From Cyanophora paradoxa CCMP329 (lineage: Eukaryota > Plantae > Glaucophyta), in NCBI GenBank assembly GCA_004431415.1, contig QPMI01000215.1:1-51641 (forward strand): a stretch of 51,641 nucleotides of DNA, given 5' to 3'. The first letter of the stretch is position 1, and every line of letters begins with the position of its first letter. Positions 20,666 to 32,522 of the stretch are shown in pieces. A program made the position numbers and the translations under genes. The notes beneath the pieces are model-generated. The model saw only the letters and a list, made by a program, of their open reading frames with translations, made no database searches and had not been told where the DNA came from.

Positions 20666-23600
20666 ATGGCATCTCGCGCCTCGCCGCGGCCGGCGCAGCT
20701 CGCGCGCGCGTCACCGCAGCCGTCGCCCGTCGACCTCCTCATCGGCGAAGACCCTTCGCTGGCGCCGTACCGCGCGGACCTGCAGCATAGGTCACTGCGC
20801 GCGCTCTCCCTTGCAATTGCGCGCGTGTCGGAGATCGCGGATTGCCTCGCGGCGCAGGTCGGACGCTTATTTCCGGCTTCTGGACCGCGTTTCGAAGGAA
20901 CCAGGTGGACTTGAGGCGTTCTCTCGCAGCTACGAGGAGTTCGGCCTTGTCCGCGTCACACGCGGCGGCCGCTCTGGCATCCGTGCGAGCGTTCTGCGCA
21001 CGCGGTCATTCCTCCCAGCTGCAGCAGACTTTGAATTTGCCCGCAGAGTACCGGGAGTGGGCCCCCGGGGCGCGCGGCGTGTTTCTCTTCGGAGAATTCA
21101 ACAACTGGAATAGGACCGCAGTCCCCTGCCAGCGCGGTGCGGGCCTCCCGAACTTAGGCCGCCTCCAGCTTTCCCTGCCGATATACCAAACTTAGTGGGA
21201 ATCGCTGCAGATCCGTACGGCCACTGGACGGCCTGGCTGCCCGACCACCCGGACGGGCGCCCTCAGATCCCGCACGGCACGAAGGTCAAGGTTCGCAGCG
21301 GCACGGCCCACCCGCCCGCCATCGACCAGGCAGCGCCATGGTGCTCAGGTCTCGATTCTGACCGAGATGGGGTACCACGTCGAGCGCATCCCCGCCTGGT
21401 GCGCGTGCCCGCCCGGCCGGGTCCACCTGCCCCTCCCGCTCAAGCGTGGGCGGGCCCGCAGGATCCGGTGCGCGGCCCGAGCGGCGCCCCTCGAAGGGGC
21501 GCGCACGGGGGCGCAGGTACGCTGTCCAGCAGCACGGCGCCGTCGGCTACGACGGGGTCGCCTGGTCCGCCGCCCCCCGCCCCCGCCGCAGCCGCAGCGC
21601 GTCCCCGGGCCCCGCGGGGCTCTGAGGGTCGGGTGGCAGGTGGGAGGCGCCGGCGTTCTTCCACCCGCGGCCGGCGCCGCCGGCGTCGCTGCGGATCTAC
21701 GAGGCGCACGTGGGGATCGCGACGGAGGAGCACCGGGTGGGGACCTTCAGGGAGTTCGCCCGCGACGTCCTCCCCTACGTCAAGCAGGCGCCCCCGGCCC
21801 CCCGCCGCCCGCGCCCCCGCACTCCAACCCCGCCTTCGAACCCCCGAACTCGCCCCTGACGCCCCGTGACGCCCCGGCGCCCGCGCAGCTGGGGTACACC
21901 GCCGTGCAGCTCATGGGCATCCAGGTGCGCGCGGGGCCAGCTCGCCCCACCGAGCACGGGCCGGGAGGCCGCGGTGTCGATCCCCCGCAGGAGCACGCGT
22001 ACTACGGGTCGGCGGGGTACCACGTGACCAACTTCTTCGCCGTCTCCTCGCGCTTCGGTGAGGCGGCGGGGGCGCCGCCCTCGCCGCGCCTGCGCGGGCG
22101 CCTCGAGGTCCGCCTCGAGCACTGCTGGACGCAGGCACGCCGCACGACTTCGCGGCGCTGGTCGACGCCGCGCACGCCCTCGGCCTCCTCGCCCGCCGAC
22201 CCCCCCCCCCCCCCCCCAGCCCGCCCCGCCCGCCCCGCGGCCTCGTGCCGAGGCGGCGCCGGCGCCGGTGCTCGCGCAGGTGCTCGTGGACATCGTGCAG
22301 GCCCACGCCTCCTCCAACGTGCGCCCCCCGGCCCCGCCACCAGCACCGCCGCCTCGCCTCGAATCCCCCGCCCTCCCCGCCAAGGTCAACGACGGGATCA
22401 ACCTGTTCGACGGAACGGACTCCTGGCTCTTCCACTACGGGGCGGCGGGGCGGCACCCCCTGTGGGACAGGTCCCCCCCTCTGCGCCGAGATCTGCCGCG
22501 CCCTAGGCCTGATGGGGGCCCCGGGGCGGGGCGGGGCGGGCAGCCGGATGTTCGACTTCGGGAATTACGAGACTGTGAGATTCCTCCTCTCCAATTTGCG
22601 CTTCTTCCTCGACGTCTACAACGTCGACGGCTTCCGGTGCGCCCCGCGCCGCCCGTGGCCGGCACGGCGCCGGGGTCGAGGCTGGGGGGCGGGAGGTTCG
22701 ACGGGGTGACGGCGATGCTGTACAAGCACCGCGGGGCGCACGTCTCCTTCTCGGGGGCGTACGGCGAGTACTTCGGGCCCCAGACCGACCTCGACGCCTG
22801 CGCCTACCTCGCCCTTGCAAACCACGTCCTTCAACTTCCCGGCCCGCCCTGCTCCCCGCGGGGGGCGAGCGAGGGCGCGGCAGGTGGTGCACGCGGCGCT
22901 GCCCGGGGCGGTGACGATCGCGGAAGACGTCTCGGGGATGCCCGGCCTCGCCCGCCCCGTCGCCGCCGCCGGCCTCGGCTTCGACTACCGCCTCGCCATG
23001 GGCCTCCCCGACCTGCCCGCCCCGCCCCGCCCCGCCCTTCCGGCCTCCCGCACCGCGCGAGCGAGGGCCGCGCAGGTGGTTCCGGAACATGCGGGTGCGG
23101 GACGAGGATTGGTACATGGACGGCATCCTCGCGCACCTCTTCGGCCGCCGCCGCCTCGAGAAGACCGTCGCCTACGCCGAGAGCCACGACCAGGCGCCCC
23201 CGCCCCGCCCCGCCCCGCCTCCGCCCGGCCCCTCGCCCGGCGCGCACCGGCACCGGCCCCGCTCACTGCCGCCGGCGGCGCGCAGGCGATGGTGGGCGAC
23301 AAGACCCTCGCCCAGCACCTCTTCGACCGGCGCGCGCCTCGCGTCCCTGTCCTCCCTCCCGCGCAGGCGAGGCGGCCCGGGCGCTGACGGGGCGGGGGCC
23401 AGGGAGATCTACACGCACATGTCGTGCTCGAGCCCGCGCACGGTCACCGTGGACCGCGCCCTCGCCTTGCACAAGATGATCCGGCCCGCCCCGCCCCGCC
23501 CCGCCCCGAGCCCGAGCCCGAGCTCGCCGCCGCGCTGGTGCAAGCGACGGGCGGGCCCCGGGGCGGGGCGCGCGCAGGCTCATCACCTTCGGCTTCGGGG

Positions 23601-24606
23601 GCGAGGTGCGCCGCGGGGCGCCGGAGCCGCGCCGGCTGCCTCGAGGCGGGGCGAAGGGGCGGGACGGGACGGCAGGCGTACCTGACGTTCATGGGGAACG
23701 AGTTCGGGCACCCCGAGTGGATCGACTTCCCCCGCGCCGGCAACAACTGGAGGCCCGCCCCGCCGCCCGCTCGCACGCAGCGCGGCAGCTCGGCCTCCTC
23801 GGCTGACCGCCCCGCCACGCAGCTACGCGTACGCGCGCCGGCAGTGGCACCTCATCCGCGAGCACGGCGCGCGCGCCGACCCCGCCCCACCCCGCCCCGG
23901 CCCGGGGCCCCCGCGGGGCGCGTGAAGGAGGGCGTGCAGGGCTGCGGTTCGGGTACCTGCTGGCGCTGGAGGAGGACATGATCCGCCTCGACGACGCCTT
24001 CCGCTTCCTCCCCGCCCCGCACCGCGCCTCCACCATGCCCGCCCCCGCGCCTCCGGGGCCCCGCTCCCCCGCCCATCGCGGCCCGCAGGCACCACGAGGA
24101 GCACAAGGTGATCGCCTGCGTGCAGTACAACCCGCGCCTCTTCTGGCCTTCAACTTCCACCCGTGCGCCCGCCCCCCCCCCCCCTCCCCCCCACCCCCCC
24201 CCCCCCCCCACCCCCCCCTCCCGCGCGCCCAGTGAGAGGGCGCGGGTGGGGCAGGACGCGGGGCCAGGAGGGGTACCAGCTGGGGGTCCCGTGGCGCGGG
24301 GTCTACCACGTGGTGCTGGACACGGACGCGCCCGAGATGGGGGGCCTCGGGCGCCGGCCCCGCGGGGCGGCCTACGCGGCCTCCGAGGCCCCGGCGCACG
24401 GCCTCCCCTGCTCCATCCGCCTCGACCTCCCCAGCCGCACCGCAATCGTCCTCTTTGCGGAGGAGCCGGGGCCGCCCCCCGCCGACCTCGCCGCCCCCGA
24501 GGCCCCCTTCGTCTCCCCCTTCGCCGTGCCCCGCGGCAGCCCCGTCAGCCTCCCCCGCACCAGCCCGACCGGCCTGCCCCGCTCCAGCCCCACCCGCGAG
24601 CGCTAG
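20666..24606 (+). CDS. GBE1: 1,4-alpha-glucan branching enzyme (eukaryotic GH13_8, GBE1/SBE type), about 25 exons, no clear transit peptide
   Basis: [66 protein letters not shown] (nucleophile), IAEDVSGMP (acid/base), [27 protein letters not shown]. Confidence 0.95.
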
Positions 24607-24782
24607 CATAGGCGCTTCGACTGAAGCTCTGGTTCTTTTATCTGTACATAGTGTAAAGAATGCCTTCTGAATCCTCGCTGGATTCTCGACTCTAGATCTG
24701 GATGACGGTTTTGGCGTATAGACGCGCTGCGTGAACTCGGAAGCTGGCCGTGCGGTCATCGCGGCCGGGAAGCTGTTCGGCG

Positions 24783-27679
24783 TCAGAAGCTCTGCTCGAC
24801 GGAGAGGGAGTCGACGAAGGTGCCGAGCTGCGGCAGCGGCGTCCCGTCGCCGAACAGGATTCTGGGGGAGGGAAAGGTGAGGCTCGGGTGCGCGGGGAGC
24901 GGGGCGGGCGGGCGCACTCGGCGGCGGTGCCGCGCGGGGTGACCTCGACGGAGCTGGCGCCGGAGCCCGGGGAGGCGGCGCCGGGGGCCGGCGAGGGCGG
25001 CACCCCGAGCCCGAAGGCGGGCGAGGCCGGCGCCAGGGGGAAGAAGCCGTCCTCGGCGGCGGGGCCGGCGAAGAACGGGTTCGAGGGGGCGCCCTCCAGC
25101 GAGCCCGACGAGCCCCGCTCCCGCTCCCGCTCCCGATCGGCCCCGCTGGAGCCCCGGCCGCGCCCCGCCGGCGTTTCCTCCAGCGCCCCCGGGCTCTCAA
25201 CGCGCAGCCCCGGCGGCCCAGCGCCCCGCTTCACCAGACGCGGCGGCGTCTCCTCCTCCGGAGGGCCCTGCCCCGCCGGAGGCCCCGCCGCCCGCAGCGG
25301 CCAGTCCGTCGCCGCGATGGGCCCGAGGCCTGACGGCCGCGAGATTAGACGGGAAAGAAGGGGCGGAAGCGGAGATGCAGAGGGCGCACCGAGCTCGCGG
25401 GTGGTGCGGGCGCGCTCGAGGGGCGCGGGGCGGTCGCCCGAGGACGCGGCGAGCCCTGCGGCCGGCGGGGAGGACGGCTGTGCCACGGCCGCCGGCTGGC
25501 GGCTCAGCCCGCCGGCGGGGTACGAGCTCGCCACCGGCAGGCCGGGCTGCGACGCACTGGGGGGAGAGGAGCCGCGTGAGGGGCAGGCCGGCGGGATGAT
25601 TACGAGGCCGGGAGCGCACATGTAGGAGGGGTAGTCGAGGAGCTGGAAGCTGATGCAGCTCGCGTCGAGGGGCACGCGCATCTGCTGTGGGATCTCGCGG
25701 GGGTTGCCGGCGGGACGGCCAGCGGGCGCGGGGCCCTCCTGCCCCTGGCGACCGGCCCGGGCCCCGCTCGCAGGGGCCGGAGGGGCGAAACCGTGCTGAG
25801 AGGTGCTGGACGGCGCCCGGGAGAGTTCGAAGCCTCCGGAGAGGGATACCCCGGAAAGCGCGCGGGTGAGGGATACCCCGGAAGGGGCGCGGGATAGCCC
25901 GGATCCCGACCCAGAGGGCCCGAAGGCCGCCGGGAGGTAGAAGCACAGGGCCGGCGTGCCGGGCGCTTCGTAGCTCTCGGCTGGGCTCAGAAAGCCCCCC
26001 GCGGTTGGCGTCTCCAGCTTTACAATCGCCGCCGCGGGCTCTGCCACCGGCCCCGGCGGAGGCGGCGGCAGAGATGGGGCGGAGGCCGAGCGGCGGCGAG
26101 AGGCGGCGGAGGAATTTAGCGGGTCGGCTCCCTGACCGCGAGCCCGCTGCGGAGCCTGCGGCGGTGACGTCGACGCGCTCCGAGCTGCCTCCCTTGCGCC
26201 CGGTAGCTGCCGCGCCGGGGCAGGCGGCCCGCGGGGCGGGCGGTCGGAGGAGCGGAGCGGGCCAGCGCCGGAGTGGCGCGCGGCCGGCTCGGGGCGCCAG
26301 TCGCGATCGCCGTCGCTGCCGTCGTCGTCGGGTCCGGGGGCGCTCGGGGAGTCGAGGAGGGCGCCGAGGTGGCTGACGGCGGAGGCGGAGGCGGCGCGCC
26401 GCGGGGGCCGCTTGCGGGCGCTTCGCGGGGGCGTGGGGGCGCCGGTCTCGGCCTCCGAGCCCGAGGGCGACCCCGAACGCAAGGCGGAGCTGCCGCCCTC
26501 CTCGACGACGTCCCAGTCGTCCTCGAGCCGGCTCTGCTTCGACGAGGAGCCGGCCTTGCGCTTCCCCAGGGCCGAGCGCGAGCCCCGCCGGTTGCACGTG
26601 TACTGCGCCCGCCCCCGTCAGCGGCGGCGGAGGCGGAGCGTCTCGCCCATGGCCAGGAAGCATGGGTTAAAGGCGGGGCCAGCGCGAGCCTTGTAGTCTG
26701 CGCAAGGAAAAAATCAGATCAATTTCAAGACGGAGAAGAGTGAAAACGCTTGCCTGGGTAGAGCTTGAAGAACTGCAGCGAGCGGAAGGGATTCGTACTT
26801 CAAGAAACGTTCGATTGGGAAGGGGGCGTTGAAATGAGCGCACCTCCTCGCGGAGGCGGGTCGCGAGATCGACCCAAGGCTGCTTCTGCTCGTTCGTCTT
26901 CGTGTTCCACTCCCTGCTCATCACCCTCTGGTGCTGCGCATTTTTTTGTCTCTCAGACAGGGGATTCCGACTATTAGAGGAAAGTGGCAGGACGATGCAA
27001 ACCTCGGTCGAAGGGATGCCCGGATATTCGTCTCGTATGGTCTTGCGGCGCTCGTCCGTGAAGAGAATAAACCTGCACGGCAGGCTTAAAGCTTAAGGCG
27101 CGAGCGGCGGGCAAAAGAAAAAAAAAGAAAAGGGGCGCACGCATTTCGCGGGCGCGGGGGCCGATTGCCGCGCGCCGCTGCCGCCGACGTGGCGCCGTGG
27201 CCGTGGCCAGGCGCGAAACAGGCCTTGAGTTCCGTCGGAGGCTGCGGCTCCGCGGCGGAGCTCGCTGCGCTCGCCGTGGACTTCAGCGATACCACCGAGT
27301 CGACTGAAGCGCAGGAGTCGCGGCGGGAGCGGCGGCGGTCAGCCGAAGGCGGGCGCAGGTGCTCCCCGTGATCGAGATCGTGATCAGGCGACGGGGCCCG
27401 GGCCGAGGATGACCCGCGGCGTGAACGAGTAGAGCTGCTGATCAAATTCGGCTTCACGACGACTGGAGGCGGAAGCTCGATCGAGCTGATGGAGCCTCCC
27501 GTCTGATCGGAGCGAAAGGACATGACATCCTCCAGGTCTGAGATGCTGGCACTTGAAGGCAGGCTGGGCGTTGGCGAGACAGTCCGAGCAGCAGCCGCTG
27601 CGCTCCGACGGGTGCGACCAGAAGGAATGACCTTCTTATCGTCTGCAGATTCGCGGAGCGGCTTCAGAAACGCTGACAT
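24783..27679 (-). CDS. Single HMG-box transcription factor, SOX/TCF/MATA class
   Basis: Spliced box RPPRPRNA|FILFTDERRKTIRDEYPGIPSTE|HQRVMSREWNTKTNEQKQPWVDLATRLREE|FFKLYP|DYK|YTCNRR, joining the long Ser/Pro-rich ORF 24692-26482; spliced end ILFGDG...VEQSF*. Confidence 0.85.
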
Positions 27680-28636
27680 GCGAGATCAGCGTCAGTCGGT
27701 GGCCTGTGGAATGCAACGGTGCGCTGTCAATGCTCACCCGGAGGTCCCGTCGGCCCGCCGGTCTCTGCCGCGACAAAAGGTCAGATTTTCGACGTACAAG
27801 ACACCGCGACACGCCCTCAGGGCCCGTCTTTGTGAGAGGGACGCGAGAAAAAGGCCGAGGTCTACTTTGTTGCAAAAATTGATCTGGCAGGCCCCGAGGG
27901 AAGGAGGCGCACGACTGCACTGCGCCATGTAGAGCTCGAACACGGCGAGAGCCGTCTGCTGCTCCGTCGTGGAGGGCCTTGCGGATCCGCGTCGTTGCTG
28001 GCGAACGAAAAAGTCAAGACGTCGACAGGAAAATGAGTTTTCGCGGTTTCGCGGCCAAGGGGCCAGCGTACGGCGCGCTTCTTAGCTTGATTCAGAGCCG
28101 TACGCACCCGAAGCGCAGGAAACTGCACAGAGGCGGCCTCCGGGTTGCTCGGGTTCGCGGCAGGCGCTCCCAGAAACGGGAAGGCGAGCGGGGCGCTGGA
28201 ATCCAGGTTGCCCGCTGCCGACGCATCGTTCCACGCCTCCATCGCGAGCCCGCCGCTGTCCTCGCAGCTTGGTTTCGTTGTGCTAGTTGCTTAAAAAAAA
28301 GTGGGGGGTACAGCGGACGAAAAAAATGAGGGGGAATCGCGGGATTCAATCAACGTCGAGGAACTTGAAACAGAGAGAGATATCGATCGAGCTCTCGAAG
28401 GAATTCGGATGAGAATTCGAAGATCGAGATCTTTAGAAGATCTAGATCTAAATCTAGAGGATCCGGAGATAACGAGATCAGCCCTAGCCCGGCCCGCGCG
28501 CGCGCGCGCGGTCAGCTAGCTATAGCGGCGTCGGGCGCCGCGTGAGCATCGAATATCGCTCCGGCCGCTGCATCGAGTCTCGCTTTAAAGACAAGGAGTG
28601 GAGCGGACAGAGGGACAAGGGGGCAGGAGAGGGGAG

Positions 28637-31582
28637 CTACGAGAGGGGCTCGGTGTTGGCGAGGAGCCACTCGAGGGGCCGGCCCTGCGCGCGCGGCGGT
28701 GGGGCGTCAGGGCGCGAGCGGGCGGGGCGGGGGGCGGTGGCGGGCGGACGGAGAGGCGCGGGGCGATCTTCGCGCGGATCTCGGCGTGGTAGTCGTCGAT
28801 CCACCTCCGCTCCGGCGCGGAGAGCATGCCGACGTCGATCAGCTTCCGCTCCAGGGGGACCTGCCGCCGTACCCGCCCTCGTCCGTGGACGGCCCACGAA
28901 GCCCAGCGGGGCGGGCGGACGAGGGTGATGTGCTCGAAGCCGAGGTAGTCCTTGTCGGCGAAGCGGTGCGGCAGGTCGAGCTTGCGCGTCACGAGCACGT
29001 TCTCGATGCGGATACCGAAGCCCTGTTCCGGCCGCTCCCCCGGCTCGTAGTAGCCGGGCTCTGGGGGGCGGCGTCGGCAGCGGCAGAGGGGAGGGGAACC
29101 GGTGCAGGGCGGCGGGGGCGGGCACCGTCGGTGACGGTCATGGAGGCCTGCAGGCCGGTGTCGAGGGCGGAGGGCCGGAAGCTGACGAGCTGGGGGCCTG
29201 CGGCGGCTCGGGCTCAGCGCGGCGGTGGCGAGGCGGGGCGGCGGGGGGCGGGCCCTCGTGGACGCAGAGGTAGGCGCCGACGCCGTGGCCGGTGCCGTGG
29301 CGGTAGTCCAGCCCGACGCGCCAGAGCGGGCACCGCGCCAGGATGTCCAGCACGTGGCCCGTCGTCCCCGCCGGGAAGACCGCCGCGTCCAGCGCGATGT
29401 GGCCCTGCAGCGCCGCCCCAGCTCGCGCTCGCACCGCGCGGCAGCGCGAGGCGGGGCGGGCAAGAGCCGACCTGCAGCACCCGCGTGTAGCACTCGCGCT
29501 GGTGCGGAGTCGGCTCCCCGTAGTGGAGCGTCCTGCGGGCCGTCGGCGCGCGGCGCACGGGCGGCGGCGAGGGGCGGACCTGGTCACGTCGGTGGTGCCG
29601 TCGGCGTACTGGCCGCCGGAGTCGCACAGGTACATGCAGCCCGGCCGCAGGAGCGCGCAGGAGCCGTGCTTCGGCTGCGGGCGGGGTCAGCGGGGAGAGG
29701 GCGGGGGGCCGGGGCGGGCGGGGGCGCCTTGTAGTGTATGATGGCGGCGTTGCCGTCGACGGCGCTGATCGTCTCGAAGGAGAGGCCCACGAAGTGCTCC
29801 TGCTCCCGCCTGCCGCCCGGCCCCGCCCGCCCCGTCAGCCCCGCCCGCCTCCCGCCGGGCCAAGGCGGCGCGGGGGCACCGGAACTGCTCGAGGACGTCG
29901 GCGGCGGAGCACTCGTCGAGGGGCTCGGGGCGGGGGGGCCCGAAGGAGGGGCGCCCCTCGGGCGTCGCCAGGCAGTCGTGGAGCCAGGCGAAGAAGGCGC
30001 AGAGGGCGGCGGCGTCGCGCGCGTGCGCCGCCCGCAGGCCCGCCAGCTCCGCCTCGTTCTTGCACGCCTTGAGCAGCGCCAGCGGCGACTGCTTCTCCAC
30101 TGTCCCCCGCCGCGCCGCCTTCAGCGCCGCCTGCACCGCCAGGTTGCACTTGCTTCCGTCTGCCCCGCCATCGTTGGGCCCCGCCGAGCGTGCACGCCGC
30201 CGGCGGCGCGGCGCGGCCTTTCGCGGCGGGGCGCACCGACCCACCAGACGCCGGCGCTCTCGCCCTTCCTCCGCTTCTTCGGCGCGCCGTCCTCCGCCTG
30301 CGCGGGGCGTGAGGCGAGGAGGCGCGTGGGAGGGGACGGGGCGCGGGCTGCGGGGGCGGGCGGGCAGGCCTGGGTGGCGGGCTGGGCGGGGGGTGAGGGG
30401 AGGGCCTCGAGCTCGGCGAAGAAGGCGTCGTAGGGGCGGACCTCCACGCCGCTCTCCCGCAGGTGCCCCGCCACCTCCTCCCCCGCCACCTGCCCCGCCC
30501 GCCCCGCCCCGTCCGCCCCCGAGCGCCCCGCCGACCGGCGCGCGTGCCTTCCGGGGGTCGATGTAGAGGCGGGCCCAGGAGGCCGTGACGGCCGCGTAGG
30601 CCCACACGACCGGCGTGCAGAAGCTGCCGGCGGCTCGGGGGAGGCCGCGAGGGGGCGGGGGACGGGGCGGCGGGGGCGTACACGTCGGCGCCGCGGATGT
30701 TGAAGAGCCAGGCGACCTCGTCGAGGGCCGTCACGACGATGCCCTCGCACCCGGACTTGGCCACCTTCTCCCGCAGCTTCCCCAGCTGCCCCGGCGGGGT
30801 CAGCGCGGGCGGCGGCGGGCGTGCGCGCCCCGCGCCTTGCTCGCGACGCTCTCGCCGGCGAAGCGGAGCGGGTGGAGGAAGGCGGCCTCGCGCGGGGCCG
30901 GCGGCTGCGCGGCGCCCCAGACGGCGTCCACCAGGTTCTGCCGCACCGGCACGAGCTCCATGTTCCGCTTCTCGATCTTCTTCCGCCACCGCTCCGCCGT
31001 CGCTGCCGCCCGCTCGCCCCGCCCGGCGCCGCTGCACCCGCGCCGCGCCGCGCACCGATTGAGACGAAGCGAGGGTCGACCGCCACGCGCGCCCCCGCCG
31101 GCAGGTTCTGCTTGAGCCATTTCTGCGCGGCGAGAGTGAGCGGACGGGCGCGGCGGGCCGCGCGTGACTGGACCTCCGTCGTCGCGTCGTCTGGAATGCG
31201 CATGAGCTTCCAGTTTTGATCGAGCTCCTTCTTGGCCTGGTCGAAGTACCTTCCGTCCGTCCACAGCAGCGCCTCGGTCTCCGTAATGACCGCGAGGCCT
31301 GCGAAGCGCGACGTGGGCGCCGAGGGGCGAGGGCGCTTGGGCGCGTTCGTACCGGCGCTCCCGGTGAAGTTCGAGATGAACTGGCGTCGCTTGTCGTGAT
31401 CCGACACGTACTCGCTCTGCGCGTCGCATAAGCAGACGACGCGAGGGCAGACATCCCTGCGAGCGGCCGACCTGGTGGGCGTCCTCGGACGGGACGATGT
31501 ACGCGTGAGCGTTGACGTCTGGTGTACGCATGAGCTCCCGCAGCCGCGCCAGGCGCGCCGTCGTATCGGGCGGCCCTTCCAT
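28637..31582 (-). CDS. XPNPEP1: Xaa-Pro aminopeptidase (aminopeptidase P, M24B)
   Basis: AYIVPSEDAHQ|SEY, FISNFTGSA|G, LWTDGRY, LDEVAWLFNIRGAD, SFETIS, YLCDSGGQYADGTTDVTR, DYRHGTGHGVG, HEGP, EPGYY, GIRIEN. Confidence 0.95.
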
Positions 31583-32522
31583 TCGTGTAGGAAAAAAGGG
31601 CGCCGGCGGGCCCGGGGGGTACAGCGGGCTCAGGCAGCCCAGCCCCTCCATGTGCAGCTGCGCAGGCCTGATGATCATGATCATGATCATGATCATGATC
31701 ATGCATATGATCAGAGCCCGGCAGCTGCAGTACTTATAATTTAGCTCTAGATCTAAACTAAACGTTAACGTTAACTTGCCAGTCACTTAGTTGGCAAGCA
31801 CTGCGGCAGCAGGCCTTTCAATGGGGCCTCTGGCATCGCGGCCGGCGGGCTCGGCATGGAACAGAGTGACTAAAACGCATTCTCGGTGCGCTAGGAAGCG
31901 ATTTACATCGTTAGTTCCCCGCGGTCCCGGTACCCCGGGTTTCGGCCGACCCCCGGCCGGGGCTTTTCCGTCGGACCTGGCGCGCCTGAGCCCCGCCCCG
32001 CGGGCCGAGAAGGCACGAATTCGCATCTGCAGTGAAGCCCGAGCTAATAGAGCGCTTCGTCTCTGCCGGAGCTCTGGTCGGGGGGCCCGAGCCCCGGGGG
32101 CGGGGCCCTGCGCCCTGGCGCGGCGCGAGCGCAGAGGCGGCTGCCGGGGATCGTTCCAAGCGTTCTTCTGATGCATTCCGAGCTAATAGAACGCATCGTC
32201 TGCGGGCGTGAACGCCGGCGCCGGGCTCCCTGGCCTCGGGTCGGGAAGGTTTCGAATACGCCCGGGGCCGCTTTCCGCTGTCGCTTGAGCTTGATCATGA
32301 TGCAGTGCGTCCTGCACGCTCAGAGCGAGCTGCGCGGCGTGCTCGCGGCTGCGCCGGCGTCGGGCAGAATATAATTATAATCACGTGCCTGAATTGGACG
32401 GTCGGACCTGCAGCCCAGCGGCTGCAGCTGGCGGTCGAGCAGATAAGCATGTCGTTCGCTTTTGATTAGTGCCCCCGGTGGCCCAGTGGCTTTTGACCCC
32501 CGCGGTCTACTCATATATAACA

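Noticed and set aside
79-31786. Most long Arg/Pro/Gly/Ala-rich ORFs in the six-frame track
   Set aside because: They are shadow frames or intron read-through in very GC-rich DNA; the spliced models explain the region.
31512-31786. ORFs with MIMIMI or HDHDHD repeats
   Set aside because: These are translations of the palindromic (ATGATC)n microsatellite upstream of the aminopeptidase start.
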